The notes: a model not told the origin generated them from the sequence alone. DNA of 64,000 bases from Cyanobacteria bacterium auto_48_18 (GCA_036170915.1 JAVHQC010000006.1:96001-160000); one strand, 5' to 3'. Shown: positions 1 through 10,950, numbered from the stretch's first letter. Numbers and translations are program-made.

Positions 1-1341
1 TATCGCCGATGTGTTTGTCACCAGTACGCAGTCATCGGAAACCAAACTTTCTACTTCAGCAAGAAGTTTTTGTTTGAGCTTGCTGTCTTCTGGTACTGCC
101 TCAATCACCATGCCACAAGCGCTCAATATGGAGAGCTCGTGTGAAAACTTGATCTCTGTATGTTCAGGCAAGTGATCAGGCGTCAGGCGATGATGCTCTT
201 CAACTGCATGGTAAGCTTCTGTCATCTGCTGTGCGCGTGCTTCTGAGCTAGTTTTCACTAGAACATCGATGCCGTGAGCAGATGCGATCTTGGCAATATC
301 CATGCCCATAATGCCACTGCCGATAATGCCTAAAGTTTTCAGCTGCTTGCCCGCTGTTTTTTCAGCTGTTCGTGCAGCAGATCGAATTGTGAAGTCTTGC
401 GAGAAGAACAGCTGAATCAAATTGGAAGAGGTTTTATCTGAAGCCAGGTCAGCAAAAGACTTTGCTTCAAAGGCGAGACCCTCTGCCATTGCAGTGGTGG
501 TAGCCAGTTGTACTGCTTCAATAGCTTTAACGGGAGCTGGATAATTGCCTTTCAAGCGAATTTTAATTGATCTGGTCATGGTGGCAAAAAGCTTTTTAAG
601 CTTCTCGGGATCTTCAACATTTGCTGTACGTGGAGGAGCTTGACCACTAAGAATGGCTAAGGCAACGGTCTCTGCTTCTTTATACAAAATCTGTGCATCT
701 ACAATTTTGTCTACAATTCCAAGCTCAAGTGCGCGTTCAGCTGAAACAATATCTGAATTGAGAATGTATTCCAGAGCCACTTTGACTGGTATCAGGCGTG
801 GCAGTCTTTGGGTGCCGCCCAAACCTGGAATCAAACCCAGGCGCACCTCAGGTAAGCCTAAAACAGTCAGAGGTGAATCTGTAGCGATGCGATAGTTTGT
901 ACACAAAGCTACTTCAAGACCGCCTCCGAGGCAAGGACCATTAATGGCTGCTACAGTGGGCTTGCCTAAGTTTTCTAACTGATTGAAAACAAACTGCCCA
1001 TCTTGCGAGAGCTGGTGCGCTTGTTCCATTGACTCGAAACTCATGATTTCATGCAAGTCAGCGCCAGAGACAAAAGTATCAGGCTTTTTGGAAGCTATTA
1101 TCAGGGCTCTAATTTCTTCATCGCCTTTGATGGCTTGAATCAGCTCACGCAATTCCACCATAGCGTTGCTGCCCAAAACGTTGACTTTACCGGCGCAGTC
1201 GAACCAGAGAATGGCCACGCCTGAAGGCAACTTTTCAATCTTTAGATCACGCTGATGCTTCAAAGTCAGTAAGGTTGGAGCTTCTGCCGATCCTTCCTTC
1301 TGCAAGGCATCAACTGCCTCTTCGGTTGTCGGCTTATTCAA
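1..1341 (-). CDS. Fatty acid oxidation complex alpha subunit (enoyl-CoA hydratase / 3-hydroxyacyl-CoA dehydrogenase), 3' end outside window
   Basis: Manual translation (not in the ORF track because it runs off the edge): VAILWFDCAGKVNVL, CLGGGLEVAL, LGLPEVRLGLIPGLGGTQRLPRL, and Rossmann LGIIGSGIMG. FadB/FadJ family. TTG start at 1341 is tentative. Confidence 0.88.
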   Translation of the reverse strand, partial: MNKPTTEEAVDALQKEGSAEAPTLLTLKHQRDLKIEKLPSGVAILWFDCAGKVNVLGSNAMVELRELIQAIKGDEEIRALIIASKKPDTFVSGADLHEIMSFESMEQAHQLSQDGQFVFNQLENLGKPTVAAINGPCLGGGLEVALCTNYRIATDSPLTVLGLPEVRLGLIPGLGGTQRLPRLIPVKVALEYILNSDIVSAERALELGIVDKIVDAQILYKEAETVALAILSGQAPPRTANVEDPEKLKKLFATMTRSIKIRLKGNYPAPVKAIEAVQLATTTAMAEGLAFEAKSFADLASDKTSSNLIQLFFSQDFTIRSAARTAEKTAGKQLKTLGIIGSGIMGMDIAKIASAHGIDVLVKTSSEARAQQMTEAYHAVEEHHRLTPDHLPEHTEIKFSHELSILSACGMVIEAVPEDSKLKQKLLAEVESLVSDDCVLVTNTSAI

Positions 1342-1362
1342 TTCATTCCCCTTGGTGCTTTA

Positions 1363-2376
1363 TTAGGTTTGCAGTTTATAGCCGAAGGTCATGGCTTCTG
1401 AGAGTAACTGTTCTGGCAGTATATGAGCTTCTACTGCTCCTTTGCTAATTTCTCGAATTTCTGCCAATAGGCTTTCGGCTTCTTCAACATAGAGCTGGTC
1501 GGCAATTTTATAACCACCAAATGGCTTGCCCTGCTTGATGAACACCAGTATGTCCGGCTGCATTCCGTCTTCGCCCTCAGAAAAAGTCAGACAGCCGGTC
1601 TCGCCAGAAACCGCAATAGACATTAAAGTGGTATCAAAATAGTCTAGTAAAGTTTTTTCTTTGTCTTTGGCAACCGGGCAACCAAGAAACAAGGCCGACA
1701 TCGAAAGCACTACATCTGGTGGCAGCTCATAAACCTGCAAGAACGTATCTTGCTCATGTATGTCTGCTTTCATCAGTTTCATGGCTTTTTCTACAGCAAA
1801 AGTTTCTTGAGCATCTTTGCGACCATAAATGGCTCCTGCTACTCTTCCTTCAAACAGGAGCATTGCCGAACGCGACTTTTGCACTTCCGAGCGCACTTTA
1901 ATGCAACCGGTAAAATTGGCCAGTTCAAGCTCTGCCAGCAACATGGAAGTGTCGGCTACAGAGCTATTGAGCTCACGAAATAATTTGCCTGATACCGCAG
2001 GCATAATCAAGTCGATAGCACGTCGTAATTTTTGTGTACTGGGATATGAATCGACCCAAATGGCAAATGCATTATCTTCGTCAGAAGCGGTGCTGTGTTG
2101 AACCCGCTCAGTGGTGCCTAGCATAAAAGCGAAAGTCATGAGAGCGCGGTTGTTATGCATGCAAACAAAAGTTGCAGGAACAGTCTGGCCGATTTTCAGG
2201 GGCTCAATACTGGGCAAGAATGCCTTTATTTGTTGATGCTGAGGGTCATCATGTTCTGCTGACGGAGGCAACCCAGAACTGACCACAACGGCGTTGTAGC
2301 CGCCTGGCTCAGCGCTCTCGATCTTGCACATGACACTCTGGCCCGGGCGATAAATAATTGTGCTGTTATCAGTCAT
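1363..2376 (-). CDS. Hypothetical protein with two tandem PATAN/DUF4388-like alpha-beta units
   Basis: ORF 1363..2451, likely start MTDNS. Two similar segments: FTGCIKV...LLFEGRVAG and ETGCLTF...FIKQGKPFGG. Confidence 0.55.
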   Translation of the reverse strand: MTDNSTIIYRPGQSVMCKIESAEPGGYNAVVVSSGLPPSAEHDDPQHQQIKAFLPSIEPLKIGQTVPATFVCMHNNRALMTFAFMLGTTERVQHSTASDEDNAFAIWVDSYPSTQKLRRAIDLIMPAVSGKLFRELNSSVADTSMLLAELELANFTGCIKVRSEVQKSRSAMLLFEGRVAGAIYGRKDAQETFAVEKAMKLMKADIHEQDTFLQVYELPPDVVLSMSALFLGCPVAKDKEKTLLDYFDTTLMSIAVSGETGCLTFSEGEDGMQPDILVFIKQGKPFGGYKIADQLYVEEAESLLAEIREISKGAVEAHILPEQLLSEAMTFGYKLQT

Positions 2377-2451
2377 GAAGATGCGACCCGCACGTCTAGG
2401 TGGAAGTGACAATTTCTCACTTCTTATATCAATGTAGTTTATCATTACCAA

Positions 2452-3117
2452 ATGAACAGTGTTGCCAGCGTTTGCGTTGTAGCCATAATCCTATCTTTGC
2501 CCTTGACAAGCTGCGCCACCGCTGAGAACAGCTCTGTGACAAGCGTTTCTGTTTCATCGCAAGCAAGTCAGCCTGCTCCGGGCACCGTTAATTCTGCACC
2601 ATCACCCTTAGATCGCGTCACTGTGGCTGATGTTGAAGCAATTGCCAAGAATGTCGACATGGGCTTTGAAGACGGGTGGATTGCCGGCCGTGACGCTCGA
2701 GTATTTAAATCGCCATATAAAAAATTGTCCGCCCGTGACAAAGCAAGTTTTGCTGTGGCTTACCATGACTGGCTTGAGCCCTTTCATCAAGATCTCGGCA
2801 ATACGCTCTCTACGTATGTGCCTTATAAAAAACGATCTGCTTTCGCCAGGGAGTACTGGCAAAATTCATCTTCTTCCAGTTTATTTAAAAGCGCCATTGA
2901 GAAGTATCAAGTGGCCTGGATTCACGAGTCTCTGCTGGATGGATCGGAACTCTGGTGGCGGGCTGCTGAAAAGCGCTTTGGTAATAGAATAAATTCTGTT
3001 TTGACCCTGGTGCATGACACCGAGCAGAACATGGTGTCAAAATATATGGAAGACGAAAAAAGCGAAAGTACTTTTTCTGCTCAGATGTCAGACAAAACAA
3101 AGAAGCCTGAAAAATAG
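2452..3117 (+). CDS. Hypothetical secreted protein / possible lipoprotein
   Basis: 221-aa ORF; hydrophobic N-terminus ending LTSC; Ser/Pro linker. Confidence 0.6.
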   Translation: MNSVASVCVVAIILSLPLTSCATAENSSVTSVSVSSQASQPAPGTVNSAPSPLDRVTVADVEAIAKNVDMGFEDGWIAGRDARVFKSPYKKLSARDKASFAVAYHDWLEPFHQDLGNTLSTYVPYKKRSAFAREYWQNSSSSSLFKSAIEKYQVAWIHESLLDGSELWWRAAEKRFGNRINSVLTLVHDTEQNMVSKYMEDEKSESTFSAQMSDKTKKPEK

Positions 3118-3834
3118 ATGGGCCAAGATCACTTAGAAATTGCTAGAAGAAATGCCGAGCGCGCTGAGCAAGAGCTGCGTTTTCAGAAGCGTCTGGCTGA
3201 GCTGCAAGCGCGCAATAATCAGTTTCCATGGAATCTGAAAGAGCAGCCTAATTTTGAAATTCCGGCAGAACAATCTAAGCTTTTTGCCGATCGTTATATT
3301 GAAGACCCGTCTTTGACTGATGAAGAAGTTGAACGGCGCGCACTACTTGATCTTAACTCTTTTAATTTCTGGTCGTTTTACAAGCGCCTCAACTATGAGG
3401 CTCGTCGCGCGGCCAGATACAAGCGCCCATTATCGCTACTGTTTGTTACTGTGGATAAGCTGGCACAAATTGTGGAGCGTCACGGCTTACAAGGCGAGAA
3501 TGCCGTTATTCTCGGGTCAGGCCGCGGCCTGTTAGGCTGCGTAAGGGATGTTGATATTGCTGGGCGCTGTCGTGACGATTGCTTTGGCGTGATACTACCT
3601 GAGACACCAAGAAACGGGGCTGAAATTGCAGCAGAACGTATTCGCACACGTATGGAAAATTTAGCAGTTGATTTTAAAGGTGCGGAAATATTACTCACTG
3701 TCACTGTAGGTGGTGCCAGTATGGACGAAGTTTTAGATAAACCAGACCAGCTAATTGCGGCAGCTGTGGAGACTTTGCAGGTCGGCATTAAAGCCGGAGG
3801 CAATAGTGTCAATTTTCCAATTAGCGATGACTAG
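3118..3834 (+). CDS. GGDEF-domain protein with degenerate active site
   Basis: RYKRPLSLLFVTVD, VRDVDIAGRCRDDCFGVILPET, AAERIR, VTVGGA. Confidence 0.85.
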   Translation: MGQDHLEIARRNAERAEQELRFQKRLAELQARNNQFPWNLKEQPNFEIPAEQSKLFADRYIEDPSLTDEEVERRALLDLNSFNFWSFYKRLNYEARRAARYKRPLSLLFVTVDKLAQIVERHGLQGENAVILGSGRGLLGCVRDVDIAGRCRDDCFGVILPETPRNGAEIAAERIRTRMENLAVDFKGAEILLTVTVGGASMDEVLDKPDQLIAAAVETLQVGIKAGGNSVNFPISDD

Positions 3835-3877
3835 AGATCTTCCTAGATTTTTTCGACTGGTATAACAGATGTTTTCA

Positions 3878-4996
3878 CTATTCAGCCATTTGCTTGGCGC
3901 GTTCAGAGTGTACGGCATAGTCGGTATAGCCTTGAACCGAATCTGGTCCTCGTCCATAAAATGTGCTCGGATTTGCTTCGGTCAATTCAAGCTCGTTGGC
4001 AAGGCGATAAACAAAATCTGGATTTCCGATGAACGGGCGACCGAATGAGACCAGGTCGGCGGAACCTTTCTCCAGAATCTCTTCTGCTCGATGCCTGTCA
4101 TACCCGCCATTTGTTATCAATACATGTTTACAGCATTGACGAAACTTTTCAGCCACGTTCTTGATAATCGCTCCGGCTTCTATATCTGCCGGATTTGGCT
4201 CCATCAAATGAACATAAGCGAGATCCAGCGAGTTTAGTCTTTCCAGCGCGTGGGTGAAAAGCGCCTCAGGGTTAGAATCTCCCATTCCGTAAAAAGTGTT
4301 CGATGGTGAAAGCTTGATGCCTGTTTTCCCAGGGAAGATGCTACTAACGGCCTCAGCAATTTCGTACATAAACCTGGTTCGATTTTCTATTGAACCGCCA
4401 TATGAGTCTTCACGCTTATTACTGATGTCTTGAAGAAATTGATCTATCAAATATCCAAAAGCACCATGAATCTCAACTCCGTCAAAATTGGCTGCCAGAG
4501 CTAATTTTGCTGATGCACGAAATTGTTCGACGATATCGGCAATTTCATGCAGTTCCAACTGACGAGGAACTGCCAAATTCTCTTTGCCTTTTGGTGTATG
4601 GAGATCACCGATTCCAGCTATTGATGAAGGTGCTACGGGCTGTTTACCCTCGAGCAAATTTGGATGCGATACTCGACCAGAGTGCCACAATTGCAGAAAA
4701 ATACGTCCGTTGGACGCGTGAACTTTTTCAGTAACAACGGCCCAGCTTTTTGCCTGTTTCTCAGTAAAAATTCCTGGGGCATGCATGTAGCCATGACTAA
4801 GCGGGCTCACCATTGTACACTCTGAAACAATCAATCCAGCGCTGGCGCGCTGTGCATAGTATTCAGCCATGGGCGACGAGGGTTCGCCATCATCATGTGC
4901 CCTTAATCGAGTCATTGGTGCCATGACAATGCGATTAGGCAGTTGCAGTGCTTTCAAGCTAAAGCCTTGAAAGAGCTTTGTACTCTGAGTGTTCAT
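3878..4996 (-). CDS. Alkene reductase (Old Yellow Enzyme / NemA family)
   Basis: NRIVMAPMTR, YYAQRASAGLI, QLWHSGR, DGVEIHGAFGYLIDQF, GRPFIGNPD. Confidence 0.93.
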   Translation of the reverse strand: MNTQSTKLFQGFSLKALQLPNRIVMAPMTRLRAHDDGEPSSPMAEYYAQRASAGLIVSECTMVSPLSHGYMHAPGIFTEKQAKSWAVVTEKVHASNGRIFLQLWHSGRVSHPNLLEGKQPVAPSSIAGIGDLHTPKGKENLAVPRQLELHEIADIVEQFRASAKLALAANFDGVEIHGAFGYLIDQFLQDISNKREDSYGGSIENRTRFMYEIAEAVSSIFPGKTGIKLSPSNTFYGMGDSNPEALFTHALERLNSLDLAYVHLMEPNPADIEAGAIIKNVAEKFRQCCKHVLITNGGYDRHRAEEILEKGSADLVSFGRPFIGNPDFVYRLANELELTEANPSTFYGRGPDSVQGYTDYAVHSERAKQMAE

Positions 4997-5040
4997 TTAT
5001 TAGGTCTCCTGAGGTCTTATACTTATTGCGGTTATTCTGC

Positions 5041-6804
5041 TTATTGCGCTTTGCCTAGCACAGCAATCTTTGCTTTTGCCTTTTCAACGCGCGGATCTTG
5101 AACCGGTGCCAACTCGATAAATGTAGTCAACTCTGACTTCGCCCCTTGAGCGTCGCCGAGCTTTTCCATGGTGCTGGCCAGCAAGAAGTGGGCATCAAGG
5201 TTCTTAGGATCAATGGCGGTTGTTTCTTGGTAGACCTTTTTAGCAGAGTCGGCGTCACCTTTGAGCAAAAGCGCAGAGCCCAGGTTTAAACGGGCAGAAA
5301 TTAGCTTAGGGTCTAATTTGACAGCTTCTTTGGCGTGAGCAAATGATTGACTGACGTTGCCAGAGCGAGCGAATGCGTAGCTCAATCGATCATGCATCTG
5401 GGCAGAATTAGGAAACAGGTAAATAGCTTGCTCTAGCAAGTTAATGGCGTTATCAAAATTGCCCGCAGCCACGCATTTGTTAGCCAGCGCACCTAAAATC
5501 ACTTTGTCTTTGGGGTTCAACTGATAAGCCAGTTCAAGCTCTTTAATGCTCTGGTCTTCTTGACCGAGCTTGTTCAGCACCCTGGCATAGTTTGCGTGAA
5601 ACAGGGCATCATTCGGCTTTAGAGTAATCGCTCTTTTATATTGTTCAGCGGCGGCTGTCCAGTCGCCTTTGATCGTCAGCACTGCACCATAATCGGCAAT
5701 GGCGTCGGCATAGTCAGGATCTGTTTCGATGGCGGCTTTGTATTCGGTAATGGCCCCGTCAAAATTGCCTTCGCCCACAAGATTGTTGGCTTTGAGATAG
5801 TGTGCCTCTGCCGCCAAGAACTGCATAACGTTTTCAGGAATCTCTTTTATGCGTTCTTTAGTGGGCGCACCAAGTACGATGTCATTTCCCACCCAGTCAG
5901 ATTTCATTACAGGCGTCTGTTTTTTTGAATTGGAGCTGCCACTGGTTTCTTGTTCAGTCAACTCACGGGCTTTTTGAAAAGCAGTGGTAAGTGGTGCCAT
6001 TCCATCATTTTCTTTAAGCGCTTTGATCAAATTAGATGAAAAAGAACTGCCCCAGGTCATTTGATCTGGTTTGCTTGATGTCAAAATAATGTAGCCCTTG
6101 CCTAGATTTACCTTACTCGAATCTACGCTGGCCTTAGGGTAGGCGGTTTTAGCCCCTTCAGTTAACTCTGCCGCTCCACTGTAGGGTGCCTCAAGCACCA
6201 TGACGATGCGGTCAGTGTTCACGTTTTCTTTCAAGGTCTTCATCAAAGACTGCATTGATATGCAAGTTGAATAGACGTTATCTAAAGCACAATCATATGC
6301 GCTTAAGTAAGTAGTACCGTCGGTGGTGGGAAAACCGTGGGTGGAAATGAAGACAACCACAAGATCATCAGGACCGGCCAGACTTCCGAGCCAGCCTTTA
6401 CCTAGATTGTTTAGGATGTTTTGCCTGGTGGCTTCTTGGTTGATTAGCGTCTTGACGTGGCTTTCCGGAAAACGACCAGCAGTTTCGTCTTTCAGATAGC
6501 TGGCAAAATTACGAGCTGCTGCATCCATTTTTGCATCAGGCGCGTCCAGTCGGTGTTCTCTAAACTTAGCGGTGCCGATTACAACCGCCCATTTCTGTTT
6601 AATGGGGCGATTGCCGGCTGTAGCATGCGGGTCAAGATCTTGAATTTTTGTCCATTGCACCCCTGATGCTGGTGCTTTATTCAAATCGGGCTCGGGGGCG
6701 GCACCACTAGTGGTACTGTTTTGTGCGGCTAGAGTCGGTGTCAAGGCCGTAAGAATCAAGCTTCCGGCCAGGCTTATCAACCTATTCAACAGACAAAACT
6801 TCAA
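5041..6804 (-). CDS. Secreted caspase-like (peptidase C14) domain plus C-terminal TPR protein; catalytic Cys absent
   Basis: Signal peptide; KWAVVIG, ATRQNI, VFISTHG, VLEAPYSG, SSKPDQMTW, QTP; then about 7 TPRs. Confidence 0.85.
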   Translation of the reverse strand: MKFCLLNRLISLAGSLILTALTPTLAAQNSTTSGAAPEPDLNKAPASGVQWTKIQDLDPHATAGNRPIKQKWAVVIGTAKFREHRLDAPDAKMDAAARNFASYLKDETAGRFPESHVKTLINQEATRQNILNNLGKGWLGSLAGPDDLVVVFISTHGFPTTDGTTYLSAYDCALDNVYSTCISMQSLMKTLKENVNTDRIVMVLEAPYSGAAELTEGAKTAYPKASVDSSKVNLGKGYIILTSSKPDQMTWGSSFSSNLIKALKENDGMAPLTTAFQKARELTEQETSGSSNSKKQTPVMKSDWVGNDIVLGAPTKERIKEIPENVMQFLAAEAHYLKANNLVGEGNFDGAITEYKAAIETDPDYADAIADYGAVLTIKGDWTAAAEQYKRAITLKPNDALFHANYARVLNKLGQEDQSIKELELAYQLNPKDKVILGALANKCVAAGNFDNAINLLEQAIYLFPNSAQMHDRLSYAFARSGNVSQSFAHAKEAVKLDPKLISARLNLGSALLLKGDADSAKKVYQETTAIDPKNLDAHFLLASTMEKLGDAQGAKSELTTFIELAPVQDPRVEKAKAKIAVLGKAQ

Positions 6805-6828
6805 TTGCTATCTCCTGCTACTCACTAC

Positions 6829-8580
6829 TTATTGATGGGCAAGAGCCACATCTACCGCCATAAGTCCATTGGGGTCGTTAAAGCTTACTTTAACCAAACT
6901 GCCTGACATAATTGTGGTGCTGCGAGCCATTCTTTCTTGACCAGGCACTTGATCAGGCAAAATCACCGGGGTTGGATCGTCCCATGATAATTGCATGCGT
7001 GTGGGCACCAGATCTTTAGCACCAGACATGTCGTCAGAAACATAGGCAGTGAGATATTCAGGCGGGTTAAGAGCGGCTTCGTCAGCTATTTTCTTGGTTG
7101 AATAAAGCAGACTGATTTTTTCAATACCAGGATTGTGATCGAAGGTCAGCCAATCTTTAGGCAATGGGTAGTCGACTTTGGCTTTGAGCTGATTGTCTTT
7201 ACCTGTATCCTTAGATGGGAACAGGATGGCTTTTTTACCACTGCTGCTCTGTTTCATCAAGATGTAAGCAAAGCCGTCTTTGTCTGGTATCACATGAAAG
7301 CGAATTGAATCACCAGATTGAAAAGCCATTTTATTGTTGCAGCGGAAAATCTTGCCTTTGCGATTGAGTTCAATCCAGTAAGACATGCCTGTGCTCTCAG
7401 ATGACACTTTAACTGTGTTCTTAGGAGACTCTGTCATAGGGGTTACAGGCTTAACTGGCTTTACCGTCACGGCTGGTGCCAGTACAACAACTTCTTCCTC
7501 TTTTTTGGGCTTCACCGCAATTTCTTCAGTCGGTTCTTCAACGCCCTTGGCCAGAACTTTTTTGTCTATCCACTTATTGACGAAGCTAAGATCGTCTTTG
7601 CTGAATTGACCGATTTCAAAGATCAAGTGCTCAGCCGAGTTTGACATTACTTTGTCTTTGTTTGGAGTGGCGAGACTATCGAAAAGTTTGAAGGTGGCAA
7701 CTGGCCGCACCAATTTATCGTTCGAACCCATAATGAAGAGTACAGGTGTTTGCTTGATCAGGGTAGCTTGTTCGATATTGCCGTCCATGAATTTTTGGAA
7801 GGCTCTCAGTTCGTTAGGGCTCAGTTTGGTACGGCAAAGTGGGTCGTTAAGCCAGCGCGATCTCAGATCGCTTTTTGTTGTGGCTTTGCCAACTACCATC
7901 GGGCCGATGTCCATGGGTTTGTCGAAGCCAGCAAAAATGGCATGAGCACCGACGTGCAGAGTGACGTCGTTGAAGCGATCACCTGACGGTACTGACGAAA
8001 TCAGTCCGTCAATTAAGTCAGGGTACATGGCGGTGGCGTGAATGCCTATTCCTCCACCCATAGACTCACCCAGCATAATCACAGGAAGACCAGGGTGCAC
8101 TTTGCGAATCTCGAGCAAAGCTCTTTTGATATCCACCAGTGAGCCATCAAAGTCTATCAGCGCATTTTTTTCTTTTGGAATCCACGAACCAAAACCACGC
8201 ATATCAATGGCGTAAGTAATGATGCCCTTTTTCGCCATTTCTCGGCCGAACTCTTCGTAAACACCTTTGTGTAAGCCCAGGCCGTGGATGCACAAGAGCA
8301 CTGCCCTTGGAGTGGCCGTTTCGTCTATCCACCGCAGGCAAGGCACTTTGTCGAGCTTCTGTGTTTTGCCTGTGTTAGCCACAGTGGCCCCGGCCATGGC
8401 AGAGACTGGAAACTGTGCTGACGGGCCGGCTGGCGGAGCATAGTGACTGATTGCGTTTTCAGCGCGAAAGATATCATAGTTGTCGCCGGCGTTCTGGGCC
8501 TTTGCTTGCATCCCGTTAGCCTGGCTAAAAATTATGGTGGCGAGAGCCAGAAATGTATTTGTTTTTTTCATCACTTTCAC
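6829..8580 (-). CDS. Secreted alpha/beta hydrolase (lysophospholipase-like) with C-terminal DUF4384-like domain
   Basis: Signal peptide; HGLGLH, DMRGFG, GESMGG nucleophile elbow, GSNDKLV, AEHLIF. C-terminal FQSGDSIRF...DGFAYI...SSG...LFP...PGIEKI resembles DUF4384. Confidence 0.85.
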   Translation of the reverse strand: MKVMKKTNTFLALATIIFSQANGMQAKAQNAGDNYDIFRAENAISHYAPPAGPSAQFPVSAMAGATVANTGKTQKLDKVPCLRWIDETATPRAVLLCIHGLGLHKGVYEEFGREMAKKGIITYAIDMRGFGSWIPKEKNALIDFDGSLVDIKRALLEIRKVHPGLPVIMLGESMGGGIGIHATAMYPDLIDGLISSVPSGDRFNDVTLHVGAHAIFAGFDKPMDIGPMVVGKATTKSDLRSRWLNDPLCRTKLSPNELRAFQKFMDGNIEQATLIKQTPVLFIMGSNDKLVRPVATFKLFDSLATPNKDKVMSNSAEHLIFEIGQFSKDDLSFVNKWIDKKVLAKGVEEPTEEIAVKPKKEEEVVVLAPAVTVKPVKPVTPMTESPKNTVKVSSESTGMSYWIELNRKGKIFRCNNKMAFQSGDSIRFHVIPDKDGFAYILMKQSSSGKKAILFPSKDTGKDNQLKAKVDYPLPKDWLTFDHNPGIEKISLLYSTKKIADEAALNPPEYLTAYVSDDMSGAKDLVPTRMQLSWDDPTPVILPDQVPGQERMARSTTIMSGSLVKVSFNDPNGLMAVDVALAHQ

Positions 8581-8722
8581 TTAGACAGATATCCTAACAA
8601 GTCACCTACTGCAGCCACTGCCAATTTAGGCGTAACCGGCAAAAAGTAAATGAGCCCCAGCCGAGGGCCAGGGCATCATTATATATGGTTGCCATTAAAA
8701 CCGGCTTGAGCTTAGCTGACCT

Positions 8723-10762
8723 TTATTTTGCCGCTCCGGCTTCTTCTTCGGCGTTAGCTCCGTCTTCAGCCTTAGCGCCATTTTCAGCTTTGGTTTCATG
8801 ATTAGAATTACCGTTGCTGCCTTCAGGCTTAGCTTCTTCGGCATCAACGTCTTTCTCATCTTCGCCTTCAGCGTCAGCTTCGTCTGTTGCTGCCGCTTCG
8901 CCTTCGGCTTTGGCTTCCGTGCCTTCATCTGAGGCGGTTTCAGCCGCTTGCTTCTGCTTGTATTCGTTGCCTTCCTGGTCCATGATGACAACATGGCCGC
9001 GCAGCTCGTTCATAGTCTCTCTGATTTCGGCTTCTGCAGCCTCGGCAGCTACTTGACCGCGCAATTTACCTATGATGTCTTCGGCTTTTGCTTTTGAAGC
9101 GTCAGTTAAGCCTTTGCCCAGATCTTGCATCTGTCTTTCGACTGTGTAGATCAGGCCGTCAACTTCATTGCGCAAATCGGCCATGGCTTTGGTCTTTCTA
9201 TCGCCTTCGGCATTCTCGGCAGCTTCTTTAACCATCCGCTCAATATCTTCTTTGGTCAGGTTAGTGCTGGCTGTGATGGTGACATTTTGTTCTTTGCCGG
9301 TGCCCAGATCTTTAGCCGTTACTTTGACTATGCCGCTGGCATCAATATCGAAAGATACTTCGATGCGTGATGCGCCACGGGCACCAGGGGCGATGCCGTC
9401 CAGTCTGAAATTACCAAGCTTTTTGTTGTCGCGTGCCATGGCCCGCTCACCCTGGAAGATGTAGATATCTACTGCGGTCTGGTTGTCTTCGGCAGTTGAG
9501 CAGAGTTGGGTTTTGTGGCAAGGAATAGTGGTGTTACGCTCCACCAATTTGGCGAAAACACCACCCATGGTTTCAATACCAAGAGAAAGGGGTGTGACAT
9601 CAAGCAGTACCAGGTCTGTTACTTCACCGGCGAGCACACCTGCTTGCAGTGCGGCACCCACTGCCACCACTTCGTCAGGGTTAACGCTTTGATTTGGTTC
9701 TTTACCGCCAGTCAGGCTTTTGACCAGGTCTTTGACGGCAGGTATACGAGTTGAACCGCCAACCAGAACCACTTCATCAATTTCGTTGTAAGTAAGTTTG
9801 GCATCGGCCATAGCCTGTTCGATTGGCTGTTTGCAACGCTCAACGAGAGTGTGAGTGAGCTCGTTAAAACGTGAGCGAGTCAATTTCATGTCAAGGTGCT
9901 TGGGCCCCTGATCGTTGGCTGTAATGAAAGGCAAGGAGATAACTGTTTCAGTCACTGATGAGAGTTCAACTTTTGCTTTTTCTGCAGCTTCAGTTAGACG
10001 TTGTAGAGCTTGTGGATCTTTGCGCAAATCAATAGATTCGGAACTTTGAAATTCTGTGGCAATCCACTGTACAAGCGCGTGATCGAAATCGTCGCCACCC
10101 AGGTGAGTATCACCTGAGGTTGATTTTACTTCGATCAAACCATCACTGACTTCGAGAATGGAAACGTCAAATGTACCGCCGCCAAGATCGAAAACCAGAA
10201 TAGTTTCGTCTTTGCCTTTTTTCTCAACGCCATATGCAAGCGCTGCTGCAGTGGGTTCGTTGATGATGCGCAGCACTTCAAGACCAGCAATAGTGCCTGA
10301 GTTTTTGGTTGATTGTCTTTGTGAGTCATTGAAATAAGCAGGTACTGTAATGACGGCACTGTCTACTTTTTCGCCCAGATATTTTTCAGCATCTTCTTTC
10401 AGTTTGCGCAGAATCATGGCTGAAATTTCTTCAGGCGTGTATTCTTTGTCTGAAATCATCACGCGTACGCCGCCATCTGATGATTCTTTAACTTTATACG
10501 AGACGATTTTGCATTCTTCTGATACTTCGTTAAAGCGTCTGCCGATGAAGCGCTTGATTGAGTAAATGGTATTGACCGGATTGACTACGGCCTGTCTGCG
10601 GGCCAGAAGCCCCACTAGCCGTTCACCAGTTTTATTGAAGGCCACAACTGAAGGTGTGGTGCGACCGCCTTCAGAGTTTGCGATGACGGTGGCGCGGCCA
10701 CCCTCCATCACTGCGACGACAGAGTTTGTTGTTCCAAGATCGATTCCGACTGTTTTTGCCAT
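8723..10762 (-). CDS. dnaK: Chaperone DnaK (Hsp70)
   Basis: [53 protein letters not shown]. Confidence 0.97.
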   Translation of the reverse strand: MAKTVGIDLGTTNSVVAVMEGGRATVIANSEGGRTTPSVVAFNKTGERLVGLLARRQAVVNPVNTIYSIKRFIGRRFNEVSEECKIVSYKVKESSDGGVRVMISDKEYTPEEISAMILRKLKEDAEKYLGEKVDSAVITVPAYFNDSQRQSTKNSGTIAGLEVLRIINEPTAAALAYGVEKKGKDETILVFDLGGGTFDVSILEVSDGLIEVKSTSGDTHLGGDDFDHALVQWIATEFQSSESIDLRKDPQALQRLTEAAEKAKVELSSVTETVISLPFITANDQGPKHLDMKLTRSRFNELTHTLVERCKQPIEQAMADAKLTYNEIDEVVLVGGSTRIPAVKDLVKSLTGGKEPNQSVNPDEVVAVGAALQAGVLAGEVTDLVLLDVTPLSLGIETMGGVFAKLVERNTTIPCHKTQLCSTAEDNQTAVDIYIFQGERAMARDNKKLGNFRLDGIAPGARGASRIEVSFDIDASGIVKVTAKDLGTGKEQNVTITASTNLTKEDIERMVKEAAENAEGDRKTKAMADLRNEVDGLIYTVERQMQDLGKGLTDASKAKAEDIIGKLRGQVAAEAAEAEIRETMNELRGHVVIMDQEGNEYKQKQAAETASDEGTEAKAEGEAAATDEADAEGEDEKDVDAEEAKPEGSNGNSNHETKAENGAKAEDGANAEEEAGAAK

Positions 10763-10950
10763 GGTTTTTTTCGCGGTTCCTAAGAAACGGTTTTAATATA
10801 GATATAGACTAGCAAAGGCTACCACCAAGCATCGCTCGCTGTAAGACTTAGTGCCAGACTGTAACTTTCTTTTAGTGCAAATGGTGGGAAAAGGGAATAG
10901 AATGGCAGTCAAGAGCAACGCTGTTTTTTGTAGCGGTCAGTAAGAGGAAT

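Noticed and set aside
653..895. Short ORFs antisense to or nested in long genes (this one and many like it)
   Set aside because: Shadow ORFs of well-supported CDS with no recognisable motifs.
10800..10900. CIRCE element upstream of dnaK
   Set aside because: Only GCACTAA half-site-like direct repeats; no TTAGCACTC-N9-GAGTGCTAA inverted arrangement.
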